A DNA stretch of 63,574 bases, the filler included. It is 12 parts of 12 records of this genome, joined end to end, with 100 filler letters (N's around TTAATTAATTAA, not from the genome) between each part and the next. Parts side by side here need not be neighbours in the genome. Positions count along the whole stretch, not along the records: positions 1 to 5,266 come from SRR7504441_7840; positions 5,367 to 12,856 come from SRR7504441_7841; 10 more parts are not named here. One strand, written 5' to 3'. This document shows positions 1-10,918 of this stretch, in pieces. How positions within the stretch are numbered: the first letter of the stretch is position 1; every line of letters begins with the position of its first letter. Below the pieces are notes generated by a model. It was not told the DNA's origin and ran no database searches. It saw only the letters and a program-made list of their open reading frames with translations. The position numbers and the translations under genes are program-made.

Positions 1-224
1 CTTTAACATCACTGTTAACTGACATTTAACAGGAAACTGTTACCAAATTTAGTAACTAACAGACACGCCTCCCGGCGTCCCTGTAGGGGGAGTGCAATCG
101 ATCGCATGGTGACAAACGCCAGGATCATCTCAGCTGCACTGCTCAGAGCCCACTGGAGCACCTCGGGGTACGAAGGCAGAACGGGCAGTCAGAAGCGGAT
201 ACTAGCTGAGGCGCTCGGCCTTTG

Positions 225-1116
225 ATGAACACTGAAAGCAGTCAGGACTGGCCCGTCGGCTGGGCTGACGGATACCTTCCAGAGACCGAAAAGCCTGGGC
301 CCAAGAATGCAAGACAAGTGCTCATCGGGATGGGCTGGAAGCCGGAGTGGACCGAGAAGTGCTTCTCTTGTCTACCAGATACTGCACTGTGCGACATCAC
401 GTCACACACACTTGCCTGGCACCAAATTGTCCCTGGACTCGCCGCACATGAGAACCGCTATGCATTCACCGTTTGTCCATTCGAACGACGCCAACATGGT
501 TTACCTCTCCAGCGATTACGAATGACCATGTCTGGACTGCAAAGAGCGTGTATGTATTCGATCAAGGCGGGCCCTCAGCGTCGCAGAGACCGCTGGCCAC
601 CAGCATAGACCATCAGGTGATGGTGGAGATGAGGAAGGCGCTAAAAGCGTTCGACCCGGACCAGAGAGGCAAGATCGAGGCCACGAAGATGGTGGAGGTG
701 CGGGCAACAGGCCCAGTCCAGGTGTGACACTGGGCAGATGATGCGGTGTATGGGGGACCGGATGGGCAAAATGGACACAGAAGAAATGATGAACCTAGTG
801 GGTGTGTTTGATGGCGAGGTGGACCCGCTGTGCTAGGCCAGGCTGGAGGCTTGCGACAGGTGGACTACATTGCAATGCTTGAGATCATCGGGAGCGGATC
901 TCAGGACGAGACTCCTGAAGAGAAATACGACTCACTGGATATCAACGGCGGTAGCTCTGCAAAGGCTTGGCTGAGTTGCAGAACTGACTAGTCTTGTTTG
1001 CAGATGGAATGGTTGATGAGTTTGAGCTCTCCCGAGCAGGCAACTTTGAACAATTCAATGAGGCGCCTCCTAGAACAGCCAATGTAGAGGAGCCGGAAGA
1101 TTCTGACCAAGACTAA
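225..1116 (+). CDS. Calmodulin-like EF-hand protein with N-terminal extension (4 introns)
   Basis: Removing introns 567-616 (GC-AG), 698-737, 819-859 and 951-1003 gives a continuous frame with KAFDPDQRGKIEATKMVEMMRCMGDRM and YDSLDINGDGMVDEFE (EF loops), ending at TAA 1114-1116. Confidence 0.7.
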
Positions 1117-1479
1117 GCTGAGCTCCATTGCTGTGCATGCCAAGATTGGTTAGATCTACGCACACCTCATTACCTTACTTTTAACGTAATGCGGTTCCGA
1201 AAAGGCTCAATGCAATAATGCACTTTCGTGCATATGCTTGGCTCAGATTGTAGTCTCTTTATAATGAAATATTAGTAAACCATGGCTTTGTGTGAAGCAG
1301 CGTTTAATGGTTTACCAACTGAAGCTAGCCATATGCTAGTAAGAGCTCTATAGCTATGGTCTATGGATGAGCATCATTATCATAAGGACTATCGGATCGA
1401 CTTCGCGATGTTTGGTCTTGTAGGCCCAACTCTCTTCTAGCGCAGCATACACGGCCAGATGACTGACTAGACCTTACGA

Positions 1480-2483
1480 TCAGTGCCTATATTCGGGCTC
1501 GTCCTTGTCAAACATTTTCATCACCTCCAGCATTAGCGCTTCTGCATACATATCCGCACACTCCTCCCATTGCTGCGCCGTCTTCTCGGCAACAGCATGG
1601 GGCACCACCCTCAGCTCACGCCCAGTCTGTAGCGCGGTGATGTACGTGCGGGCCGACAGCTCGAAATAGTACATCAGGTCCATACAGTGCGGCACACTCT
1701 CGCCGACAACCAGCACGCCGTGGTTGCCCATCACCAGCACCGAGTGCTCACCAATCTGCCGAGTCATCCTGACCGCCTCCTCATCCAGCCCCATCCCATC
1801 GTAGCCGCTGTCCACGGCCAGCCGCCGATAGAAGCGCATACTGTTCTGGTCTATGGGCGGCAGCTCGCTCTGGCTCAAGCATGCGAGCGCTGTTCCGTAG
1901 TGCGGGTGCAGGTGCATGATGCACCGGGCCCGCTTACCGAGCGCCTTGTGCACCGCCCCGTGGATGCACACCGCGGTGGGGTCCACCAGCGGGTACCGTC
2001 CGTTCGGGCCCTTCTTGTCGAGCAGCGCCGGGTTGCCTTCCCGCAAGTCGAGCACGACCAGCTCGGAGGCTTTGATTGTACTAAAGTGCCGCCCGAATGG
2101 GTTGACCATCATCTCGTGCTCCGACACCATCAGCGAAAAGTGGTTCGCCACTCCCTGCCCCACGCTCAGCCAGCCTAGCCGGCAAGCCAACCTCGTTCAT
2201 GTTCAGCCGAGCCATCCACCGGAACGCCTGCCCCGCCCGGTGGGCCAGCCCGCCAGGCCAGACGCACCACAGCGAGCTGGCAGCGGAGCTCCTGCCGGGG
2301 CACGGCCGCCGGGGCATCGGTCGCGGGTTGGGGCGGGCTCTCCTCCTTGATCTGGCGCGAGTCGATGTATTTGTCCAGCGAGTGGATGAGCCGGGCCCGC
2401 TCCGGGGAGGAGCTCATACGGGCAGCGATCTGGCTCAGGTTGTCCACCGTGCGCGACGCCTCCGTCATCGACTTGTCAGCCAT
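1480..2483 (-). CDS. Class II aldolase/adducin-head family protein (2 introns)
   Basis: EGVANHFS, IHGAVH, CIMHLHPHY and MGNHG metal-binding motifs; 40- and 37-nt GT-AG introns join MADKS...LAV / AFRWMARLNMNE / GVANHF. Confidence 0.9.
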
Positions 2484-2640
2484 TGCGCGGGTCAGCCCAG
2501 CGGTACAGTCAGCTTGAAAGAAGAACACGTCAGAGTCTACTCGTAAAATCGATCTACGGAACATGTACAGCTGTATGTGCGTACATTAGCAGATCGTGAT
2601 GTCCGGCTACCGTGACCTCTAAGCTTATTCTAACTCTCTT

Positions 2641-4443
2641 CTAACTATTGCAAAGACCTTGCAGTGCGACCACACACAGCGTCCCGCCAGCTTTCAAAAG
2701 TCCAAAGACAGTATCATTTTTGCCACCAAAGTCTAATACCATCGCAGAGCGCACAGGTTCCCCTACTCTCTTGAATTCGGCTGTGTCAAGGCTAACTGAC
2801 CAGAGCTCTGGCCCACTCCCGACAAACACACGAGTACTATTCCAACTGCGGCCTACCACATCAAGCGCCACAGGGGAAGAAGCAACCCGGGAGAGCGCAT
2901 AGCCAGCTGTGAGGTTGATATTGTACACTCCAGCTTGGGCGATGCCCCAAAGCTTGTGGTTCCAGAGTTGGAGCGAGTTGCGCCTGCTATTGCCTAGGCC
3001 CAAGCTGGTGGCTTGCTGCTGTAACACACGCTGGCTGTTGAGATCGATCACGGTTAACTCCATTGTCCACGTCACAGCGAACAGCACCCCGTCAACAGTC
3101 TGTATGGTCCAGGGCACAGGCACCTGGCCCAGCTCATGTGCAACACAGCCGGCATCCACATCCCACAACAGTAGCTTATCAGACACCACCACCAGCCAGC
3201 GTGTCAACCGATCAAACGACAGCGCGGTGACTCCGGCCTCTGTAAACGGCTGACGGAAATTAGTCACATTGATTGGATTCAGGTTGACCATGGCCAGCGC
3301 ACCGCCTGTCAGGCCGTAGCCAGCAATGCTCCCGACCCACACCTGACCTAGGTCGCCCAGCTCGAGCGCCATTGGTCGCAGGTGGCCCTTGCCTAGCGGC
3401 ACAGTGGTCGGGTTGCCACCGGGATGCCAGCTCAGGTTCCAGGGCATCTGAGGGTTGTAGATCCACAGGTTGCCATTTGGATAGTCCGCCATCAGCACAC
3501 GCTGAGGCTCAGTGATCAGAATACTGTACATCTCGCCAGTGCCAGCGTGACCCCTGTACTTCAGCCGCTCACCGTCGAAGGAGAAGATCTCATTCGGCAG
3601 GATCGTGCCACCTATCACCTGGTCGTTAATAGAGCTGATCGCATATATAGGCAGCCCACGTCCCGCAATACTCACGTTTACAGAGCGAGACTGGTCTGTG
3701 GTCAGGTTGTGCAGTTGTACCGATAGCTCCAAGCCGCTCTGGGCTTGTATATTGACCGTCAGCCCTTCAACTATGAAGCCAGGCACGGTCACTGCCGCAG
3801 GGCCCACTGCCTCAGCAACAGCAACAATTTGCCCTTGAGCGCAACGAAGCGCCTTGCCATCAAGAAGCGCATAGACGACCCCGTCCTTCCCGGTATGCAC
3901 GGTTCCATAGGCTGCAGTACTCTGCCCTTGATGCACCAGCACCTTGCCACTCGATAAGTCATAAGCGGCGATGGCGGAGTGCTCAGGACCCAACCCGGCG
4001 TAAATCCACTGATTCGAGGCAGCCAGTGTGAATGCACTCGACGCCCCGGACCACAGCGAGCCCAGGTCTTTGCCTTGGCTCACCAGCTTTGCGTGAGGGT
4101 GAGTACCGCCATACCAGCACCCCCCGACTTCTACAATTTGCCAGATAGCTGTCTCACTGTCGCTCGGGGCGCCTAAGTCGACAAGGCTGCTGTTGACGAG
4201 CTCAAGCACATGCGCAGGCCCGCTGTCGGCCACTGTTCCTAGTAGAATGCGCTGGCCAACATGCAGAAACCACGGGGTGTGCCCGCTCAGCTGGCTGGGC
4301 GCCCAGTACTGTCGCACTGACACTGGCGACTTAATGAGATCACGGGCCATCGTGATGTTATCTGCCCGTTCGGTGTCTGGGGTGAGCGTGCAACCCGCAA
4401 TCAGGAGCCAGGATGCCAACACATTGAGACGCAGCGCACCCAT
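2641..4443 (-). CDS. Secreted beta-propeller protein of bacterial type, intronless
   Basis: About 600-aa uninterrupted ORF; hydrophobic N-terminus ending LLIAGC; repeated blade-like segments (WYGGTHPHAKL, VIGGTILPNEIFSFDG, YPNGNLWIYNP, VWVGSIAGYGLTGGAL). Confidence 0.65.
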   Translation of the reverse strand: MGALRLNVLASWLLIAGCTLTPDTERADNITMARDLIKSPVSVRQYWAPSQLSGHTPWFLHVGQRILLGTVADSGPAHVLELVNSSLVDLGAPSDSETAIWQIVEVGGCWYGGTHPHAKLVSQGKDLGSLWSGASSAFTLAASNQWIYAGLGPEHSAIAAYDLSSGKVLVHQGQSTAAYGTVHTGKDGVVYALLDGKALRCAQGQIVAVAEAVGPAAVTVPGFIVEGLTVNIQAQSGLELSVQLHNLTTDQSRSVNVSIAGRGLPIYAISSINDQVIGGTILPNEIFSFDGERLKYRGHAGTGEMYSILITEPQRVLMADYPNGNLWIYNPQMPWNLSWHPGGNPTTVPLGKGHLRPMALELGDLGQVWVGSIAGYGLTGGALAMVNLNPINVTNFRQPFTEAGVTALSFDRLTRWLVVVSDKLLLWDVDAGCVAHELGQVPVPWTIQTVDGVLFAVTWTMELTVIDLNSQRVLQQQATSLGLGNSRRNSLQLWNHKLWGIAQAGVYNINLTAGYALSRVASSPVALDVVGRSWNSTRVFVGSGPELWSVSLDTAEFKRVGEPVRSAMVLDFGGKNDTVFGLLKAGGTLCVVALQGLCNS

Positions 4444-4530
4444 CACTCGAACACTGGAGGTGATTCTCCGCCGCATCGAGGCGAGATTTAGTGCAGTGGT
4501 GAGCGGCTGGTGCTGATGTCGAGCTGTCCG

Positions 4531-5266
4531 CTAATTCAACCGAGCCAGGCTCTTCGCGATGCCGTTGTAGGCGCCGTTTTCGTCAGAGCGTTTGATGAGC
4601 AGCTCGCCTGCTGCCTGGCCCGCCGGGCTGGCCCAAAGGCTGTTCCGGGAGCGGCAGCGCGACGGGCCGTCCAGCGGCTCGCGACCCGCGTGGTCCGCCA
4701 GCCCAGCCCGGCAGTGGTTACAGCGCCGGAATGCTGGGCCAGCGGGGCCGCTGGAGAGGGCTGCGCTAAACTGCTGGAAGGCCAACTGCAGAGACGGCCG
4801 GGTCCGGCCGAAGCAGCGCCGGCTCGCGCAGAGGGCACGGAGCGACCCGAGTCCCGAACGGCGATGGGGGGCGTCGCGGCTCATGATGTCTTCAAGCGGG
4901 CGGGGGCGGGCGGTGCCGGTGCGCCGGGCGGCTCGGGGCCAGCTGATCTGTTGGCAGCCGAATCAATGGGCGCTCGGCTGCCGGTCGCTGGTGCGAACGT
5001 GGGCTCATCGGGGGCGGATGGAGGTGCTCCGGGCGCTGCAGCGTTGGTCGTTGGGCGCCGCGGTGTGCCAGCCGCCGGGCGGCCGGGAGAGGCCGGGCAG
5101 GTGCACGCGCAGCAGCCGGAAAGGAGGCAGCTGCAGCGGCTACCGGCGCTCGAGCGGCGGGTGTTCTTGCAGCAGCAGCAGATGCGGCTCTTCTGGGGTT
5201 TCGGCCGCTGGGCCAAATTGGCTCTGGTCGCTCATCAGCATCGGCTGAGGGCGGAGCAGGCGAGTG
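4531..5266 (-). CDS. Partial low-complexity hypothetical gene (3' part; frame uncertain)
   Basis: GC-rich coding-like sequence running off the contig end; ORF 4531-4884 gives a plausible C-terminus; no recognisable domain. Confidence 0.25.
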
Positions 5267-5366
5267 NNNNNNNNNNNNNNNNNNNNNNNNNNNNNNNNNN
5301 NNNNNNNNNNTTAATTAATTAANNNNNNNNNNNNNNNNNNNNNNNNNNNNNNNNNNNNNNNNNNNN
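5267..5366. other. Artificial contig linker (N44-TTAATTAATTAA-N44); identical linkers at 12857-12956, 19263-19362, 24268-24367, 32272-32371, 35429-35528, 44756-44855, 48543-48642, 52532-52631, 56069-56168, 59936-60035
   Basis: Identical 100-nt spacer with a six-frame stop cassette; flanking genes are truncated at it. Confidence 0.99.
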
Positions 5367-5792
5367 AAACCCAGTGCACCAGGGCGGCAGCCGGGCCCCG
5401 AACGCATTGCCATAGTAAACCCCGTTCAGCCCGATTGCCTTGTAGGTGGCTACGTTGAGCGACTGCCCCGCCCCGATGCACAGTAGGCCACCGACAAGGA
5501 ACGCGGCCGGGGGGGCGGTGAGGGCTTCTGGGCAGTAGATCAGCAGCCAGAGCAGCAGCGACGAGTACTGGACGACCTTGATTAGGTGCGCACCGTAGGA
5601 CATGATCCTGCAGGCGTGGTCCCCGGCCGCGGTGCCGCCCGTGCCCGGCGCCCCGGGGAGCAGCCGGCAGAGCCCGAGCCAACCGGCCGGGAAGCTCCAT
5701 AGCGCGAGGTAGAACAGGTGCGCTAGCGACAGCGCCGGCAAGATCCACCAGCCCCCGGCCAGCGCGGGCAGCCCGGACAGGTCGCGCAACAT
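5367..5792 (-). CDS. Phospholipid N-methyltransferase (PEMT/PLMT family), 5' part
   Basis: TM helices followed by GQSLNVATYKAIGLNGVYYG...PWCTGF, the PEMT-family signature; truncated by linker. Confidence 0.85.
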
Positions 5793-5910
5793 GGTATTGG
5801 GTGAAGTGCGGGGGTCGGGGCGTTCCCCCTGGTCCAGTTGTCCTATCTCACCCGCGCCGTTATTTTTGGGCGGGGGGGGAGATCCACGCGGCCATTGGGA
5901 GCGTTGCACA

Positions 5911-6455
5911 ATGGCATGCCCGCCACCACCGGCCGGCCAGTACGCCACGTGCGGCAACTGGCCGAACGAGCGCCAGCCGGACTGGGACGACTATTGCCCC
6001 AAGGTCGGCTGGCTCCCGGGCGAGGTGAGCAAGTCCGGATGCTCCCAGTTTCGCCCCAAGCGGCCCAGCGGCAACCTGAGCGTCTGGTGCGTGTGCGGCA
6101 AGCCCAGGCGCAGCACAAGCCGGTGGACAATGGTCACTACCGGGGGGTTGTGGTGCAGCAGCGCCCGGTCGAGCAGCCGGCCGGGATGGCCTCGCCGGCA
6201 CTGGACAAGATCGAGCCCTGGCTGGGCGAGCAGGACACCGCCAGCAGCCGGCAGCGAGAGCTGCAGGCGCGGCTCCCGGGGAGCCCCCACTACAAAGCAG
6301 TGGGCGGGACCGACCTGATGTACGCTCTGGACGCGAGCTGGGAGCCGCTGGGCGAGCCGCTGAGGGAGTCGCTCAGCGACGGCTCCACCATGCTGACCGT
6401 GACCAAGCCCGAAGCCCCGAGATACTCCCGGACCATCACGGACGGGCCGAGCTAG
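5911..6455 (+). CDS. Small Cys/His-motif hypothetical protein with an apparent 1-nt frameshift near 6106
   Basis: MACPPP...CSQFRPK...WCVCGKPR continues as AQHKPVDNG...DGPS* in another frame. Confidence 0.45.
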
Positions 6456-6747
6456 GGCTGAGCAGCACTGACCCGACGCATTGTATTTTACTCCAATAGC
6501 TGACTACCAATAGCCCGACTCGTCGAGTACGAGTACGACGAGTACTTGTTCACTCGCTACTTACGCAGTACTCGCTACTTGGCGGGGGTTCTGGGTGCGA
6601 TTATGTTCGATTCATGCATGTTTGTTAATCACAACCAGTGTACATGAAACATATCTAAACTATAAGTCTAACCCGCAATGGCCACTGTGCCAAAGATAAG
6701 CTGGTACATGTACTCGCGCGCGCTTTCTTAGCGGAGTCATGCTCAGC

Positions 6748-9700
6748 TTACTCGTCTATCATCATGCCCTCGAACGATGCAGCAATCGATGGAGGGCATG
6801 ATGTATCGCGGCCGAGGTCGTAGCTCAGCGATTCGACGTGCCTCGGGGTGGCCCAGTCGGGGGCACGAGCGCCCAGCCGGCGCGCGATCATCCGGTTAAG
6901 CTTGACAATGAAGAAGATCACAGTCCGGGCCTTGCGCCATAGCCAGCGCCTGCGGGCTGTGAGGAACATCTCCAGGCAGTCCTCGTACAGGTCCATCGCA
7001 TGGCTAGCCGGGTTCACAATCGCCTGGGCCTCGAGTGGCGACGGTGAGAACAGAATCTGGCCTTCCCGTGTTGTGAGGCATCGGAAGCCCCCATGCTTGA
7101 ACCGACGGCCGAGCACATACACCCGTGGGATCACGCAGCGGCAGTTTTCGCCTACCAGCGAGGCGGCGATGTTCTTGGGCACGGTGACCACGGGGTCGCC
7201 TTTGTTCTCCACTCTCCAGTACCGCCGGAGCAGGTGGTCGAGCAGCTTGGCGCCACTCAGGTTTGTCACCCGTGGCTGCCCAAACGTGACACACTTGAGT
7301 CTCGGCTTGAGTGGCTGCAGCCAGGCGCTGTCATTCAGCGTGCACTCGAGGGCAAACAGTGTGGCTAGCGCTCCGCCGAGCGAGTGGCCGGTGATGACCA
7401 GGTCTGGACTCAGATTTGTGCAGCCCTGCCCACCGTCTTGCAGCAGATTGCGCAGGCATTGCTCCACTGCGATCCAGAGCCCCTTCATCGCCCTGTAGAA
7501 CCCCTGCAGCCGCACAGTCAGCCCCAGCACAGCCCGGGCGGCGCCTGATGCACGTAGACCTTGCCGTGCTTGGTCTGCCATTCGTCTAGCATGTTGGCAT
7601 CGACCAGCTGCTCCAGTCGCTGCTGGGCTGAATCCACGTCAGTCAGCACATTCTGCTTGGACTTTGTGCCTCGGAAGCACACAATCAACTGCCCCCGACG
7701 CTGAGCCCAGAGATCTGCACGGCCTGGGCACCTGGATAATCCGCTTGGGGTCCAGGCTATCCGTTGCCGCCCGCACGGCCGGCCAGCGGTCAGCGAGTTC
7801 CACACGAAGCGCCTCGAGCAGTAAGGCGCCGTGCTGCTCCTTCCGGGCTTCCCGCCTCAGCTGCACCCCGATCACCCCCAGTTCCACCAAGCTCAGCTCC
7901 TGCAGCGCCCAGTGCCCGGCGAGCGACACGTCGTTGGCCAAGTCGTGCCGGGCTTGCTCAATCTTGCTCCTCCTGTCGGGAGGAAGTCCTGCAAGCAGTC
8001 GCCTGAGCTTGCTGTTGCCCTGCCTCCGCACGAACAGCGCCACATTGCTGTCTGTTTCTTCGTCCTTGGTGAGTCGATAGAGCTGGATCCTCGGGGCTCT
8101 GTTGGCCTTGGTGATCGCGTCCCGCCGCTCGAAGATGATCTTCCGGCCTCCAGGGAGCGCGTTGCCCAGCGAGGTCTGGCTCACAGTCGGAGTAGTCAGT
8201 GCGGAGCAGCGTTCGTTTGACGTTGGCGAGTCGGCCGACGGGCTTGTCAATTCATTTGCAAAGTCCTCGGCAGTGAGATGGTCGTCCCTGCACCCCGCTC
8301 AGCCCGACCCACCGCATGCCCGCACTTATACACCACTCGGCTCAGTCGGGCGAGCATCCGGGTTTCGAGGGCATCGAAGCAGACCGGCGTCTCCAGAGGG
8401 ACCAGCGCATCGGGCAGTCGCTGCGACCAGTTTGTGGCCACCTCGGCCCCGTCACTGTCAAAGAACACAAACTTGAACCGGTGTCCGGTCCCCGGCGGCA
8501 GCGCCTCGTAGTGCAGCCCGAAGCTCACCGGGCCATGCGGCGGCCAGGCGACCTTTTCGAGCTCGGATGCAAGCAGCAGTTCGGTGCTCCCTCGGTCCGA
8601 GAACTCGGTGAGCACCACAAAACGGTCGAGCCGGTTGTCCGGCGAGCAAAACCCTCTGTCCAGCGAGCGGACGTCGCATGTCACCTGGATTCCCCAGGGT
8701 GGGACGGTCTCCACCACGCAGCTGTCCGAGGAGGCCCGGACTGGCGCCAGATCCCAGAAGTAGTAGTCGTTTTGCGGCTTTTTAAAAGTGCTTGGGCGAT
8801 CGGAGTCCTTGTGATCATCAGGCCGTCGGATCCAGCAGTACAGACTAAACATCGAGTAGCTGATGTCGTCCAGCCCAATTGGCCGGGTGTCGCCTTGGAC
8901 GGGGTGATAGAGCACGGCCATTTGGATCCCGAACAGCGCGATGTTGGTCATAACCAGACCTTCAGAGATCAGATCGCCCGCCTGGAACCAGTACACAAAC
9001 ACAAACCACGGGTTGTCCCTGTTCAGCAGCTCCGCTATGATGGCCGAAATCCCGCAGAGCGAATAGGTGTGTATGCACAGGTACCAATACACCGAGCGGG
9101 CCACCTGCGGTCGGTCAGCTATCGCCGACGACTAGGCCGGATCACCACCCACTGGCGGTGCAGCTGGTAGTCGTGATCGTTCTCTCGCAAGTCCTCGTTC
9201 CCACCGCGCTTTACGAATGGCCGGACTGCGAGCAGGAAGCCGAACCCGATCCCTGCCAGGTACCTGGACAGCTGGAGCCAATTGTGCCACTGGAGTTGGT
9301 TGGACGGGTCAAAGGACGTTCTGGCGAGCCGCATTGGGTGGTACCACACCTGCACCTCGAGTTAGCCCCAAAGGCCGAGCAAGCCGCGCTGCCTCTTCGG
9401 CCCAGGTGAACCAGACGGCGATTGAAACGGACCACATGGCTACTGAGAGGAAGATGGCGAACATGTGGAACTCGTCTAGTGAAGGCCCGCCGTGGTCACC
9501 CAGTCGCATCGCAAAGGCCGAGAGCGCTGCCAGCGGCTCAGCACAGTGGGCTGCAGAGAGGCTCACCCCAGAGGGCGGTGGTCTTGATGCAGTAATAGCA
9601 GCTCTTGAGCCCGTAGCTTGTTTCGGTCACAAAGAAAGCGCACCCTCCGCAGTAGACCATGCATAACGTTACACACACGATGCTGTGGAATCGCAAGTAC

Positions 9701-10640
9701 TCAAACTTTGGGTCACTGCAGCCACACGCTCAGCAAGACCCCGGGGGCGGGCGCACAGCAGCAGGTGCGAGCTCTTGCCCGCCCGCTGACTTCGCAAGCG
9801 CCGGACCACGGACATGAAACCCGAGATCGCCAGCCAGACTAAGAGGGCCCCTGCGAGAACGAGGCCTGCAACGAAGAAAGCAACCACTGTGAACGCATGG
9901 GTGGAGCAACGGACTTCGAGCAGCCCGAGCTCATTCGCCTCGGCCTGATCCCACAGCAGCAGCTCGGCCGACCAGGTGTCCACCTTTGAGGCGCCCCACA
10001 CCACCCACAGCAGATCGCCTCGGAATCCTACCGGGAGAGGCCCGCTGTGCCCGTCGCCCGGATAATACGGGGTCCCGGAGAGGAAGCTGCCCACTGTCTC
10101 GCCGGACAAGGTGGTGGTGTTGAGCTCGATCGCCCGCATCACCGTCTGCCCGGCAGACCGGAACTGCGTACTCTCGTCTAGCCCTATTTGCCGGCACAGC
10201 GCCTCGTCCGGCCCGTGCGCGCAGCGCAGACGGCACCTGAGAGCCCCGCGCCAGTCTTTGTCCCCGCGCCGCCAGGTGGCCCGGGCGGTCTGGACCATAT
10301 AAGAGCTGCCGCCCTGGAGCCCGCTGCAGATCTGGCCGTAGCACTGGCCCTTGCCCAGCGGGATGGTCCGGTTGCCCGAATGCTCGAGCTGGACCGAGTA
10401 GCCGTCGTCGCTCCACCCGCCGAGCGTCCCAATCACGGCGGTGAGCACGGTGCCGAGCATGAGCAGCCGTTGGACCAGCCGCATCAGCCCGTACCCGGTC
10501 CCAGTCCCAAGGTACCCGAGCAGCAGCCTCTGCGGCCGGAAGAGAAGTTCCACCTGGGCCGGCCGGTCCGACTCCTCCAGGAGCGGCTCGCTCAGCCGCC
10601 GGAACCCGCTCTCCCCGGCCTCCGCCGCCCCAAGCTCCAT
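6748..10640 (-). CDS. Multi-TM class 3 lipase (DAG-lipase-like), about 7 introns
   Basis: C-terminal LIVCFRGT, VHQ/GFY, VITGHSLGGALA, VTFGQPRV, DPVVTVP, SHAM; N-terminal TM and lumenal segments joined in frame by 38-44-nt introns including GC-AG at 7504-7544 and 9350-9392. Confidence 0.8.
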
Positions 10641-10918
10641 CTAGACCCAAAGCGAGCGCTCCCAGCGAGTGGCCTGCGGGGCTGTACCGCCGTTTCCTGC
10701 CGTTTTCTGTTGGGATTTCTGTTGCCAAAGCAAAAACTCGTTTGTACTTTCGGAGGCGAACGAGGGCTCCAGCTGGGCGGCCCAAGCTCTAGGGCCCGCC
10801 GTTCGCTCGAGCCAGACCGGCCCGGACCGCCTAGGAGGCTCGTCCGGCTTGCGCGCCCTCCGGTGCTTCGAACTGGTCCGGTCCGAAGCTTTTGGCGGGG
10901 CGTGGGGGCTTGGCATCG

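Noticed and set aside
5267-5366. Regularly repeated TTAATTAATTAA palindrome in N runs as a biological repeat or array
   Set aside because: It is an artificial six-frame-stop linker; ORFs ending in LIN and gene neighbourhoods across it are artefacts.
6500-6580. CRISPR-like or telomeric arrays in GAGTAC-rich spacers
   Set aside because: No constant repeat-spacer period and no long perfect tandem array; treated as a dispersed motif instead.
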